Both the position numbers and the translations under genes were made by a program. Of a stretch of DNA of 54,880 nt, positions 7,670-17,600 are shown one piece after another. The notes beneath the pieces are model-generated. The model ran no database searches, was not told the DNA's origin, and was given only the letters and a program-made list of their open reading frames with translations. The stretch is from a virus (Duplodnaviria; Caudoviricetes): positions 1-54,880 of IMG/VR virus record IMGVR_UViG_3300032323_001970, one strand, 5' to 3'. Numbering within the stretch: position 1 is the first letter of the stretch; every line of letters starts with the position of its first letter.

Positions 7670-9735
7670 GTGCTGTAGTAGATTTTGTTGAAGACGTTGT
7701 TGGCGGCGTAGTTGAAGCCGTCGGCGATGTTGTTGATAGCGTCGTTGACGTTGTCAAAGACGTTGGCAGGGCCATCGACGATTACGTCATTCAGCCTATC
7801 CTAGATGATCCGCTATCGGCAATCGCAACCGTAGCCGGCGCATATTTCCTTGGGCCTGCAGCAGCCAGTATGTTTGGCACGTCGGCAACTGTTGGGGCCG
7901 GCATTGCTGCTGGCGCGGCAAACACGGCCGCCGGCCTTGTGCAAGGCGAAGATTTTGATGAGGCGCTCAAGGGCGGTATTGCTGCTGGCGTCGGCACTTG
8001 GGCCGGAGGAGAACTGACCAACGCGCTTACTGGGGGTTCTTCGGCTGCAGCCACTCCAACGGATCCGCTTGATGATTTCCTGGCAGCCAACAATAACTTT
8101 GTTGACGTGCCGATGGACGTTGCTGTAACTCCTCCTGCATCGGCAGTGGCAAGCCCTGTGGACTTGACCACTCCAATGGGAACTGATCTTCCTCCTCTTG
8201 GAGGTGAGGTGCCTGCAGCTTCTCCTGCCGCGATGACGCCTGCGTCGGCAACCCCTGTGTCTACTTCGCCGCTTGAGTCACTTGCGCCTCCGGCTGACGC
8301 GGCCGCTGCAGCAGCAACTCAAAGTCCTTTGCAGTCGCTGGGTACTGCAGTTCCTACTGTAGACGTGCCCACGTTTACTTCGGGCCTAGACACTTCGTTT
8401 GCTCCTAACTACGACCTGTCAGCTGGCATCAAACCTTCTACTGGTCTGCAGGTTCCGCAGTTTACGGGCGGCGACGCCTTTGACATCTACGGCAATCCCA
8501 GCTACAGCGTAACCCCTCCAGGTGTGTCAGGCGGTCCTGGCCTGCAATTTCCAGATGCTCCTAACCTCGCTCGCATGGGAGGCGGTCAGGGCATCACTGC
8601 AGACGTTAGCGGCATGCCTGAGTTCCGCTACAGCGAGGCCTCACTTGATCCTTCACTCCGTGGTCAGACTGATACCTGGCAAAGCGGCGGCAAGACTTAC
8701 GGGGCTGCAACACCTGACGTCACGATCAGCTCAAGCGGCATTACGCCAACGCCAGATACGATCACCTACGACCCCACGACCAACATGGGTACTCCCAGCG
8801 CTTGGGATCAGTTGACAAGCGGAAACGTTGTGGACGCGGCAAAGACGGTCGGCAGCAACGCTGTTGATTGGGTCAAAGCAAACCCATGGACGGCAGCAAG
8901 CACGGCTCTTACGGCTACCAGCTTGCTTGGCGGTCCTGGCGCTCCTTCTAATCAGGCACCGGCCACAAGAGGTTCTACTCAAGACAAGAACTTCAACAAG
9001 TCGCTTGACCTGTATGAGTACATGCGCGACAAGACCAACTATGCCGGAGATTTGGCCAAGTACGGCCAAATAGGCCAAGGAACTCCTGGCGAGCACCAGT
9101 TCTTCCAGAACACTCGCTTTGTGCCAATACCGATTCCCGGTCAAACGCCCACTCCTGCAAAGATGGGTGGCCTGATCCAGATGAAGCATTACGCTCAAGG
9201 CGGTCAAGTTCAAGGCATGCAAGATCCTCGTCGCGCTCAGCTGATGGCAGCCATGGCGCAGCAACGTCCTGCCGGTCAAGGTGGTCCTTTGGGCATGGCT
9301 CAAGGGCGTCCTCCCATGACTCAGGGCGGGATGATGCCTGGTCGCCCGATGCAGCCGCAAAACGCACAAGGCATGCAGCAACAAGCTCGTCCTCAAGCGC
9401 CTCAGCGTTCTCGCGATCCTAAGATGGCCTACTACCAGTATGGCAATCCTCCTGCTCAAGCGAAAGCCATGGGCGGACTTAGCCAAGTGCAAAGTATGCG
9501 GATTGGCGGAGGTGCCGATGGTCGCTCTGATGACGTGAACGCAGTCTTGTCTGACGGCGAATACGTGATGGACGCGGAGACAGTGGCGATGCTTGGCAAC
9601 GGCTCCTCTAAGGCCGGGGCCAAAAAACTTGACGACATGCGCTCTAAGTTGCGTCAACACAAAGGCAAGAATCTTGCAAGCGGCAAGATCAGCCCTGACG
9701 CCAAGAGTCCGCTGGCTTATTTGAAGGGAGCTTGA
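7666..9735 (+). CDS. putative internal virion / DNA ejection protein
   Basis: 689 aa; amphipathic V/D-rich N-terminus, hydrophobic segments, low-complexity middle, C-terminal GGADGRSDD..LSDGEYVMDAETV domain. Confidence 0.65.
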   Translation: MSAVVDFVEDVVGGVVEAVGDVVDSVVDVVKDVGRAIDDYVIQPILDDPLSAIATVAGAYFLGPAAASMFGTSATVGAGIAAGAANTAAGLVQGEDFDEALKGGIAAGVGTWAGGELTNALTGGSSAAATPTDPLDDFLAANNNFVDVPMDVAVTPPASAVASPVDLTTPMGTDLPPLGGEVPAASPAAMTPASATPVSTSPLESLAPPADAAAAAATQSPLQSLGTAVPTVDVPTFTSGLDTSFAPNYDLSAGIKPSTGLQVPQFTGGDAFDIYGNPSYSVTPPGVSGGPGLQFPDAPNLARMGGGQGITADVSGMPEFRYSEASLDPSLRGQTDTWQSGGKTYGAATPDVTISSSGITPTPDTITYDPTTNMGTPSAWDQLTSGNVVDAAKTVGSNAVDWVKANPWTAASTALTATSLLGGPGAPSNQAPATRGSTQDKNFNKSLDLYEYMRDKTNYAGDLAKYGQIGQGTPGEHQFFQNTRFVPIPIPGQTPTPAKMGGLIQMKHYAQGGQVQGMQDPRRAQLMAAMAQQRPAGQGGPLGMAQGRPPMTQGGMMPGRPMQPQNAQGMQQQARPQAPQRSRDPKMAYYQYGNPPAQAKAMGGLSQVQSMRIGGGADGRSDDVNAVLSDGEYVMDAETVAMLGNGSSKAGAKKLDDMRSKLRQHKGKNLASGKISPDAKSPLAYLKGA

Positions 9736-9736
9736 T

Positions 9737-11305
9737 ATGGGTGTTCTGGACTTTTTGTTCCAGGGGGCACCACCTCCGTCGGTCACGACGTATGGTGAGA
9801 CGACTTCCAACGTTCCCGCCTGGTATTCTGACTACACGCAGGGCTTGATCAGCAGGGCGAACGCCATTGCGGCAGAGCCTTATCAGCCGTACACCCAGGC
9901 CAGGATTGCCGGTTACGACCCGCTTCAGACAAGGGCGTATGAGAACACGTCCAATCTTGCGGGAACGTACCAGCCGCTGATGGACATGTCAAGAAATGCC
10001 ATCTACAACGCAGGAGCTGGCAGCTCTGTTGGTGCTGCTCAACCTTACATCACTCAGGCTCTTCAGTACAACCCGTACAACGCAGCTTCTGGTGCCATTG
10101 GCCAAGCAAGCAATTTGATTGGTCAGAGCTATGGCGACACGAGCTCCCTGGCTCAGCCCTACTTCAATCAGGCCAATCAGTTGACTGGTCAGGCGATGCA
10201 GTCGGCAGCTGGCTTGGCTACGCCTTATTTGAATCAGGCGGCTATGGGTGCAGCACAAGCAGGTTCTGCCAATACGGCAGGCCTTGCTCAGCCCTACATG
10301 CAGCAAGCATCTCAGCTCTCGAGCCAAGGTGCTCAGACTGGTTTGGGCGGCATCCAGGACTACATGAATCCCTACCAGGAGCAAGTGGTCAACCGCATTG
10401 GCGATTTGGCAAGCCGCAACCTGCGTGAGAACTTGCTGCCCAACATCCAAGACCGCGCCATTCAAGCGGGTACGTTTGGCGGCAGCCGTAGTGGTGAGGC
10501 CATCGGACGCGCTTTGCGAGACACCCAAGAATCTACACTTGCTCAACAGACTGCGGCCCTCCAACAGGGCTACACGCAAGCTGGTCAGCAACTGCAAGCC
10601 GATCGAGCCCGTCAGTTGCAAGCTGCCCAACAGCAGGCTGGTTTTGGTCAACAGGCGGCCGGCATGTCGGCTGCAGATCAAGCGCGCCTGCTTCAGGCAA
10701 GCGGCCAACTGGCCGGTATCGGTCAAACCACCGCAGGCCTTACGGCAGCAGACTACCAACGCATGTTGGCAGGAGCCCAGCAACAGGCGGCCATGGGTCA
10801 ATCGGCAGCAGGCTTGAAAGGTGCAGACCTTGCAAGATACGGTCAGGCCGGCGCTCAAATGGGTGCCCTTGGTCAGATGCAAGGCAACTTGGCAGGCGCA
10901 GCAGGAACCCAAAATCTGCAAGCCGCCCAACAAATGGGTGCCCTGTCTAATCAAGACTTTGCTCGCATGCTGCAGTCTGGTCAAGCTATGGGTGCCCTTG
11001 GTCAACAAACCCAGCAGATGGGCCTGCAAAACATTGCAGCTCTTGAGGCTGCGGGCGCGGGTCAGCAACAGCAAACCCAGCGTTCGTTGGATCAGGCTTA
11101 CCAAGACTTCTTGAATCAACGCGAATACGACCGCAACAACATCGCTTTCCTGAATGCGGCTGTTCGCGGTCTGACTGTTCCGACCTCTACAACTACGGCT
11201 TCAACGGGTCCTGCAAGCGTGTATCAGCCATCTCCATTGTCGCAATTCGGCTCTGCTCTGGCTACAGGCTACGGTTTCAACAAGATGTTTGGCGGCGGAA
11301 GATAA
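9737..11305 (+). CDS. putative internal virion / pilot (ejection) protein
   Basis: 522 aa Q/A/G-rich helical protein; YMNPY, GTFGGSR and QPY..QA repeats. Confidence 0.7.
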   Translation: MGVLDFLFQGAPPPSVTTYGETTSNVPAWYSDYTQGLISRANAIAAEPYQPYTQARIAGYDPLQTRAYENTSNLAGTYQPLMDMSRNAIYNAGAGSSVGAAQPYITQALQYNPYNAASGAIGQASNLIGQSYGDTSSLAQPYFNQANQLTGQAMQSAAGLATPYLNQAAMGAAQAGSANTAGLAQPYMQQASQLSSQGAQTGLGGIQDYMNPYQEQVVNRIGDLASRNLRENLLPNIQDRAIQAGTFGGSRSGEAIGRALRDTQESTLAQQTAALQQGYTQAGQQLQADRARQLQAAQQQAGFGQQAAGMSAADQARLLQASGQLAGIGQTTAGLTAADYQRMLAGAQQQAAMGQSAAGLKGADLARYGQAGAQMGALGQMQGNLAGAAGTQNLQAAQQMGALSNQDFARMLQSGQAMGALGQQTQQMGLQNIAALEAAGAGQQQQTQRSLDQAYQDFLNQREYDRNNIAFLNAAVRGLTVPTSTTTASTGPASVYQPSPLSQFGSALATGYGFNKMFGGGR

Positions 11306-11314
11306 GGACACAAC

Positions 11315-14300
11315 ATGGCACTAGAAGACGACGAGTCTGGCCTGGAAGTCAGTTCTACTGACCAAACCAGCGGAGCTCAGACGCTTGGTTACACCTCCTC
11401 GCGAGGTGCGGCCAATCCGTATACTGGGCAGCTTCAAACCCTACTCAAGAAATACCTTGAAAACACTGACAAAGCAGCGACTGATAAACAAGCCTTGTTG
11501 GATAAGGCGCGTGAGCGGGTCATGGCTAGGTCCGCTGGTCCGGATCAGGCAGAGATGGCGTTCCGTCTTGCGGCTGCTCTCGGTAAGCCTACTCGCACTG
11601 GTAGCTTTGGCGAGACAATTGGTAACGTTGCCGAAGCGACTGGCGAGGCTCTTGCTCAGCGCCGTAAAGCGTCGCAAGAACTAGAAGAGCTTAACCTCAA
11701 GTACCAGCTGGCGGCGGCCGATACCAAAGGCGAAGGTCAAAGAGCGCAGATCAGTGCCCTGTCTGCTCTGGCTAAGTCGACTCCTAAAGATCGCCTGACT
11801 GAGATTGAGAAGCTTCAAGAGATCATTGAGGATCCCAAAGCTTCTGAGAGCGCCAAAAAGAATGCGCAAGCCCGTATCACCTTTTTGACCGTTCGTCCTT
11901 CTGCTGTCAAGACCACTGAGATCGAGCAGCTGCTCGAAAAAATCAACGACCCAAATGTGTCGCCGGCAAACAAGAGGGTCTACCAGCAGCGACTCAACAA
12001 GCTGAACTACATTGCACCTGAAGCTAAGGCAGATCGAGATGCTGGTAAGCCGCAATCGCCTGCTGGCAAGATTGCTGTTGACGAAGGATTTGTTCCCGGG
12101 ACCCCTGATTATCAGAAGCGCGTCAAGGCTTTGACCGGTGATGGTAAGGGGGTGACCCTGAGCGCCACCGAGCAAAAAGAACTGTTTGAGGCTCAAGACG
12201 TTGTCAACGCCAGTAAGTCCGTGCTCCTCAACTTGAGCAAGGCCCTGGAGCTGAACGACAAGGCCTATTCTGGTTTTGCAGCAGGGGCCCGCAGAACTAT
12301 CGCCCGTAACATTCCTGGCGTCAGCGAATCGGAAGGCGTTACTGCAACGACCGAAATTGAATCCTTGGTCATCACCAATTCGCTTGACCAGTTGAAAGCC
12401 ATCTTTGGTGGAGCCCCAACCGAAGGCGAACGCAAGATCTTGCTCGACATCCAAGGCTCGATCAACATGAGCCCTGCCGAACGCAAAAAAGTTTGGGAGA
12501 GCGCCATGCAGGCCGCGGCTCGCCGCATGAGGTCCAGCGAAGCCAAGATGGCCAACATTCGCAAGGGGGCGTACAGCCGGGTTGTGCCTGAAGGCAACGC
12601 CGATGGCGGCCTGGTCGGTTATGCCGACGGCGGACCTGTGCACATGTCCAACGGCGGCGAGTTCTCGATGGCAAACCTGGGCCGCGCAGTTGGTCAGGGC
12701 TTGGGCCTTGGTTTTGGCGACGAGGCCATCGCCCGTGTTCGCGCCAAGATGGAAGGACGTCCCTACGAAGACGTGGTCCGTGAGGAACGTGAAGCCTACC
12801 AACGCTTCCAGGAAAAAAATCCGTTTATCGCCCTTGGCACCGAGCTAGTGTCTGGCATTGTTCCAACCGTCGGCATGGCGCTGATTCCAGGAGCAGGTAC
12901 TCCAGGAGCCGTGGCCGGGTCTGCTCGCATGGGAATGGCGGCCCAGAAGCTTGCTCAATATATGCCCGGGTTCATGAAGGGTTCGATGGGCAAAGCTGCT
13001 GGCACCGCGGCTGCAACAGGTGCCGTGGCAGGAGCCGGTTCTGCAACTGAAGGCCAACGCACTTCTGGGGCTGTCACTGGCGGCGCAACTGGTGCGGTCC
13101 TTGGCCCCACGGTTGCAAAGACCGTTCAGCTGGGCGGACAAGGCGTCAAGGCCGTCAAGAACGCGATTCAGCCATCTCCAAATGCCGTGGAGCAACGCGC
13201 GACCAATAAGGTATTGGAAGCCATGGGCCGGGACGAGATGGGCGTCCAGGAACTTCGTGACCGCATGCTGGCAGACCAGAAGCTTGGCGTGCAGTCCACT
13301 ATTATGGATGCAACGCCGTCCCTGTCTACGCTTGGTGAAGCCGTAGTGACTCGCCCGGGACCAGGTCGCAAGATCTTGGGAGAAGGCCTGAATGAACGCC
13401 TGGAAACGGGCCGCGAATCAGCTGCTGCCAGGGCCCTGAAGGACGTTGGAAAAGGCGTGGATTACACGGCACAAGAAGACAAGCTGATTGGAACCTTGCG
13501 CGCCAATGCCAACAACCTCTACGACAAGGCCTACGCTCATGGTTCTGTGGATGATACCCGCATCCTGAAGGTCTTGGAAGACGACACCTTCAAAAGGGCG
13601 TTCAGGGAAGCTCAGGCCATTGCCAGCAAAGAAGCACGGGCAGCAGAACTTCGTGGCGAAGACGCTAGCCGCTTCAAGTTGAACGACATCTATGATGTCG
13701 ATGACAAGGGCAACCTGATCACCGTTGGCAAGATCCCTGACGTCCGCACCCTTGACTACATCAAGCGGGGCATCGATGCCATCATCGACAAGGGCTACAA
13801 AGGCGAAGGCATGTCCAAGGCCGAAGCCAATGCGCTTAAGGACCTTAAGAAAGCCTTCGTTAGTGTCATCGACGAGAACGTGCCGGAATACGCAGGGGCA
13901 CGAGCTAGGTATGCCGGCGACATAGAAGTTTTGGACGCTCTTCGTTTAGGTCGTACAGACTACCTTACTCCGAAGATGCTGCCGGCAGAAGCCAAAAAGC
14001 TGGTTGACGGCATGTCTGATGCCGAGCGCGACGCCTTGCGTGCGGGTGTGGCTCAGTCGCTTTTGACCAAGGTTCTTGACGCGCCCCAGCAAGTCAATGC
14101 GGCCCAGCGAATCATTGGAGCCCCGGCGACTCGCAAACGTTTGGAGGCCTTGTTCCAAGACCCCAACGAGTACAAACTGTTTGAGGCGGCCCTGCAGCGC
14201 GAGTCCGAGTTGTTCCGCAACGCCCAGGACATTGCTCGTGGAAGCCGCACGGCCAATAAGACGGCTGCCCTGGCCGACCTCAAGGCTGGCAATGGCATCT

Positions 14301-14665
14301 TCGACATCGCTGGCGAAGCAGTTGACATTGCAACGGGTTCACCCGGCTCTGTGGTCGGACGCGTCTTGAAGTACCTGCAGGCTCGCACATCTCTTGACGA
14401 GAAGACTGCCGGCGAAGTGGCTAAGATGCTGAAGTCAGGTACGATGCAGGAGGTCGATGATACCCTGAAGCGGCTTGAATCTAGCAGTGCCAGGTTCTTG
14501 GAAGAAAAGAAGGCCTCAGCAGGTCGCTTAAGAACAACCGCCGGCGCAGTTGGTGCCGCGGCTCCGACTACTGACCGGGCCGCTTCAGAATCAGAGGCCC
14601 CGGTTGATGAGGACGAGGACGCTAGGCTCCAAAGGCTCTTGGAAAAGTACAACATAGAGGAATAA
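11315..14665 (+). CDS. large internal virion protein
   Basis: 1116 aa helical; GQGLGLGFGDE and Gly/Ala-rich hydrophobic segment typical of ejection proteins. Confidence 0.65.
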   Translation: MALEDDESGLEVSSTDQTSGAQTLGYTSSRGAANPYTGQLQTLLKKYLENTDKAATDKQALLDKARERVMARSAGPDQAEMAFRLAAALGKPTRTGSFGETIGNVAEATGEALAQRRKASQELEELNLKYQLAAADTKGEGQRAQISALSALAKSTPKDRLTEIEKLQEIIEDPKASESAKKNAQARITFLTVRPSAVKTTEIEQLLEKINDPNVSPANKRVYQQRLNKLNYIAPEAKADRDAGKPQSPAGKIAVDEGFVPGTPDYQKRVKALTGDGKGVTLSATEQKELFEAQDVVNASKSVLLNLSKALELNDKAYSGFAAGARRTIARNIPGVSESEGVTATTEIESLVITNSLDQLKAIFGGAPTEGERKILLDIQGSINMSPAERKKVWESAMQAAARRMRSSEAKMANIRKGAYSRVVPEGNADGGLVGYADGGPVHMSNGGEFSMANLGRAVGQGLGLGFGDEAIARVRAKMEGRPYEDVVREEREAYQRFQEKNPFIALGTELVSGIVPTVGMALIPGAGTPGAVAGSARMGMAAQKLAQYMPGFMKGSMGKAAGTAAATGAVAGAGSATEGQRTSGAVTGGATGAVLGPTVAKTVQLGGQGVKAVKNAIQPSPNAVEQRATNKVLEAMGRDEMGVQELRDRMLADQKLGVQSTIMDATPSLSTLGEAVVTRPGPGRKILGEGLNERLETGRESAAARALKDVGKGVDYTAQEDKLIGTLRANANNLYDKAYAHGSVDDTRILKVLEDDTFKRAFREAQAIASKEARAAELRGEDASRFKLNDIYDVDDKGNLITVGKIPDVRTLDYIKRGIDAIIDKGYKGEGMSKAEANALKDLKKAFVSVIDENVPEYAGARARYAGDIEVLDALRLGRTDYLTPKMLPAEAKKLVDGMSDAERDALRAGVAQSLLTKVLDAPQQVNAAQRIIGAPATRKRLEALFQDPNEYKLFEAALQRESELFRNAQDIARGSRTANKTAALADLKAGNGIFDIAGEAVDIATGSPGSVVGRVLKYLQARTSLDEKTAGEVAKMLKSGTMQEVDDTLKRLESSSARFLEEKKASAGRLRTTAGAVGAAAPTTDRAASESEAPVDEDEDARLQRLLEKYNIEE

Positions 14666-14668
14666 GCC

Positions 14669-17600
14669 ATGCCCTACGATCCACAAGGCGTCTTTTACGG
14701 ATCTGCTGAAGACCTGGAGGCCTTAGAGGCAAAGTACAACAAACCTGACTTGGCCTCGCGGATTCCGGGTCAGGCTTCTACCTCTAAGCCTGAAGAATCA
14801 AGGTCTTTGCGCGACAGGGCCGCTTCAGTCCTTGTTCAGGCCAATCCTCTGATGATGGCAAAGTCATTGCAGGATATGACCAGGACCCTGGTTGGCGGCG
14901 CGGCACTTCCTGTTGTTGCGCCCATCAGCGCGGGTGTTCAGGCCCTGAATGCCTTGCCTGGCAACATCTATCGTCGTTCACGCGGCGAAGAAGAGGTCAA
15001 GACTCCCTCAGCAGAAGAGCTGATGCGAAAATACGGAGAGGCCATCTCTCCTCAAACACCAGCAGGTCAAAACTTCCAAGAGGGCGTGGCAAAGCTCATG
15101 GATACCCTCAAGGTACCTGCTGCTTGGCCAGTGACTCCGAATGTCCCTAGGCGCCCTCTGGTGACTCCTACTGATGTTCGAGTAGGGGCAGGTCAAGTTA
15201 AACAGCTGGCCAAGGAATTGCGGGAAACTCCTGCAGATTTCCGCGCTGCCCAATCAGGCCTGAAACGCCAAAACCTGTATGGTGAAGACACCATCGGCGT
15301 GAAAGCCCAGGCGGCTGCTGATGCTCTTGGCGATACTCTCGAGCGCCGCAGGTCTGCCGGCCTTTCAGCTGTTCCGGGCGTTCCTCAGGTCCTGACTCCT
15401 GACACCAAGATGTATGCCGTGCGACCCAAGGGAACACGGATGGTTCAGCCAAAGGTGCCTGAATCTGCTGGGGGATACGCTCCTGAATTTAATGTTCTCA
15501 ATGACCTGATCGACAACGTCTATGGCGACACGCCAGCCAGCAAGATGCAGCCGGAGACGATCATGCTGGAGTACTCCGATCGCTATCTGCCACCTGACTC
15601 TGAATTCCGCCAAGCCTTTACCAACTACGAGCGGCTCAAGGCCCAAGAAATGTTCCCAGATGCCCCAACACCCCAAGACGCCCAACGCGCTTATGAGGTG
15701 TTGTACAGCGACAGAACTGAGAAAAGCAAGAAGCGGTTGGCGGACCTTGAGGAATTCCTTACTGTCGTGATCCCTGAATATGGCCAGACAATTCCAACTC
15801 CTTCTGAATTTATGCGCCGCATGGCCGAAGCCGAGCGCGTCATCAAGGGTCCGTTCACAACCTACATCAGCAAGAATGTTGGAGCTGAGGGTGATCCAAC
15901 CGTCAAGCTTGCTCGCCAGGGCATCACCTTTGAGGACCCAGCGGTTCTTGCAGAAGCGGCGCAATTTGCGAATGCAGATTCGCTTGCGCAAAAACGTATT
16001 GAGGCAGGCTTTCCTGCCAGGGGCAGCTTTTATAAAGAACGCCTAGCCAAGACCGGCGAGCTTGACCGGCTCAATGACGAGATTCAGGCCCTTGAAGATG
16101 CCCGCAGACCCTTGTTTGATCGGGCACACGCGGAAGGTATCGATCCCGCTTCAATTCCAGAATATGCGGCGACCACAAACCCTTTGCGTCAGAAGCTTCG
16201 TCAACGCGAGCAACTTCAAGGCGAGCTTGAAAACATCAGGTTGGCCTCTGACGTTGAAAACATCAGCGACTACGCCGTTGCGCCAAGGACAAAGAAAAAT
16301 CTCCTCGAGGCGATACCTTTTACGGAAAAGCAGTTTTTCCCCAGCGTGTCTCGCGCGGGCGAAGATGAGACGCTGTACATAGGAGGAATGGGGCGCCTGG
16401 AGGAACTTGGTTTCAAAAAGTTAGGTAAGCAGCTTGTAGAAGACATTCTGACTGGGAAGGCAGGAGACACGTCTAAGCTGACCATTGAGAACTACATGCG
16501 CGAAAAAGGCTTGTCGCGTATAGAGGCCGAAAAAGCCGCTAAGCTTCAAGAGCAGCAGTATCGCACGGCCCTGCAAAACAGTCTGCTAGAGCGCATTCGG
16601 AATGACCAGAATGTCAAGACTTTTGGCAACGCTGCCATCATCACGCTTGATTCAAATACGCCTAGAGACGTGGCTATGCGAGACATGAGCGCTGACACGG
16701 TGGTCTTGGACCACTGCGTTGGCCAATGCGGAACGGCACCTCAAGGCCGCAAGAACATCTTGACTGGCAAGCAGCAGTACTACGAGCCCGTCATCGATCC
16801 GATTACAGGCGAACGTTCTAGCAGAGCAAAGGACGACACCAGCTACGTCAAGCAGCTAGAGTATGGCCATCAACTTGTCAGCGTCCGCGATGTCAAGACA
16901 GGCTTGCCTGCTGCGACCCTTGAATTGATTCCTGCAACTGACGGCAGCAGTAGTGGCAAGTTCCGTATTGGATACGCTTCGGGCGCCAAAAACGGAGCAA
17001 TCGACCCCGCCTACGTTCCAGCCCTCCGCGACTACCTAAACAGTCGGGCTGCGGATATTTATAGTCCTGGCAGCAACCTGGCCGACAACGCAGGCATTTT
17101 TGACAGTACCAGCCCGGCTGAATTTAAAAGAGCGGCAGCAGAAGCCGGTCTTACGCGCGACCAGATCAAGGCCACCGACTGGGGCGATCTTCCCAGGTTT
17201 GTCACGGTTGACGACATTAAGGCCGCGGCCGCTCAAATTGTTGAGCCCAGGGCCCTTGCTGTTCAGCAGCCGGCGCAAGAAGTTGCTCCGGTCACGCTCA
17301 GCACTCGCGACTACGAGTTGATGAGGTCGGATTTTGACACTGCTTGGGACAACGCAAGGGAATCAGCCCTTGAGAACTCAGCCTATCGCCGTCCTGAAGC
17401 CGTTGCAAGTGGCTTCGATAGGATTGTCGCCGACACATTCAGGCTGCATCTGAATGATCAGGTTGCGTTTAGTGAAGAAGGTGTTACCAGACTTCGGCGC
17501 GTGGAACGGGACCTTACAGATAGGGCTGCGTCCGCTTACGCCCAGCAGACCGACCTTGAGAATGAGATCGGCAGCGCTCTTGATGACTTCGTGATCGATG

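Noticed and set aside
8731-12802. Long minus-strand ORFs (8731-9810, 9989-11119, 11681-12802; also 4536-5426, 26773-27627, 40590-41621)
   Set aside because: They are antisense shadows of well-supported + strand genes, with no motifs; codon bias in the sense genes explains the lack of stops
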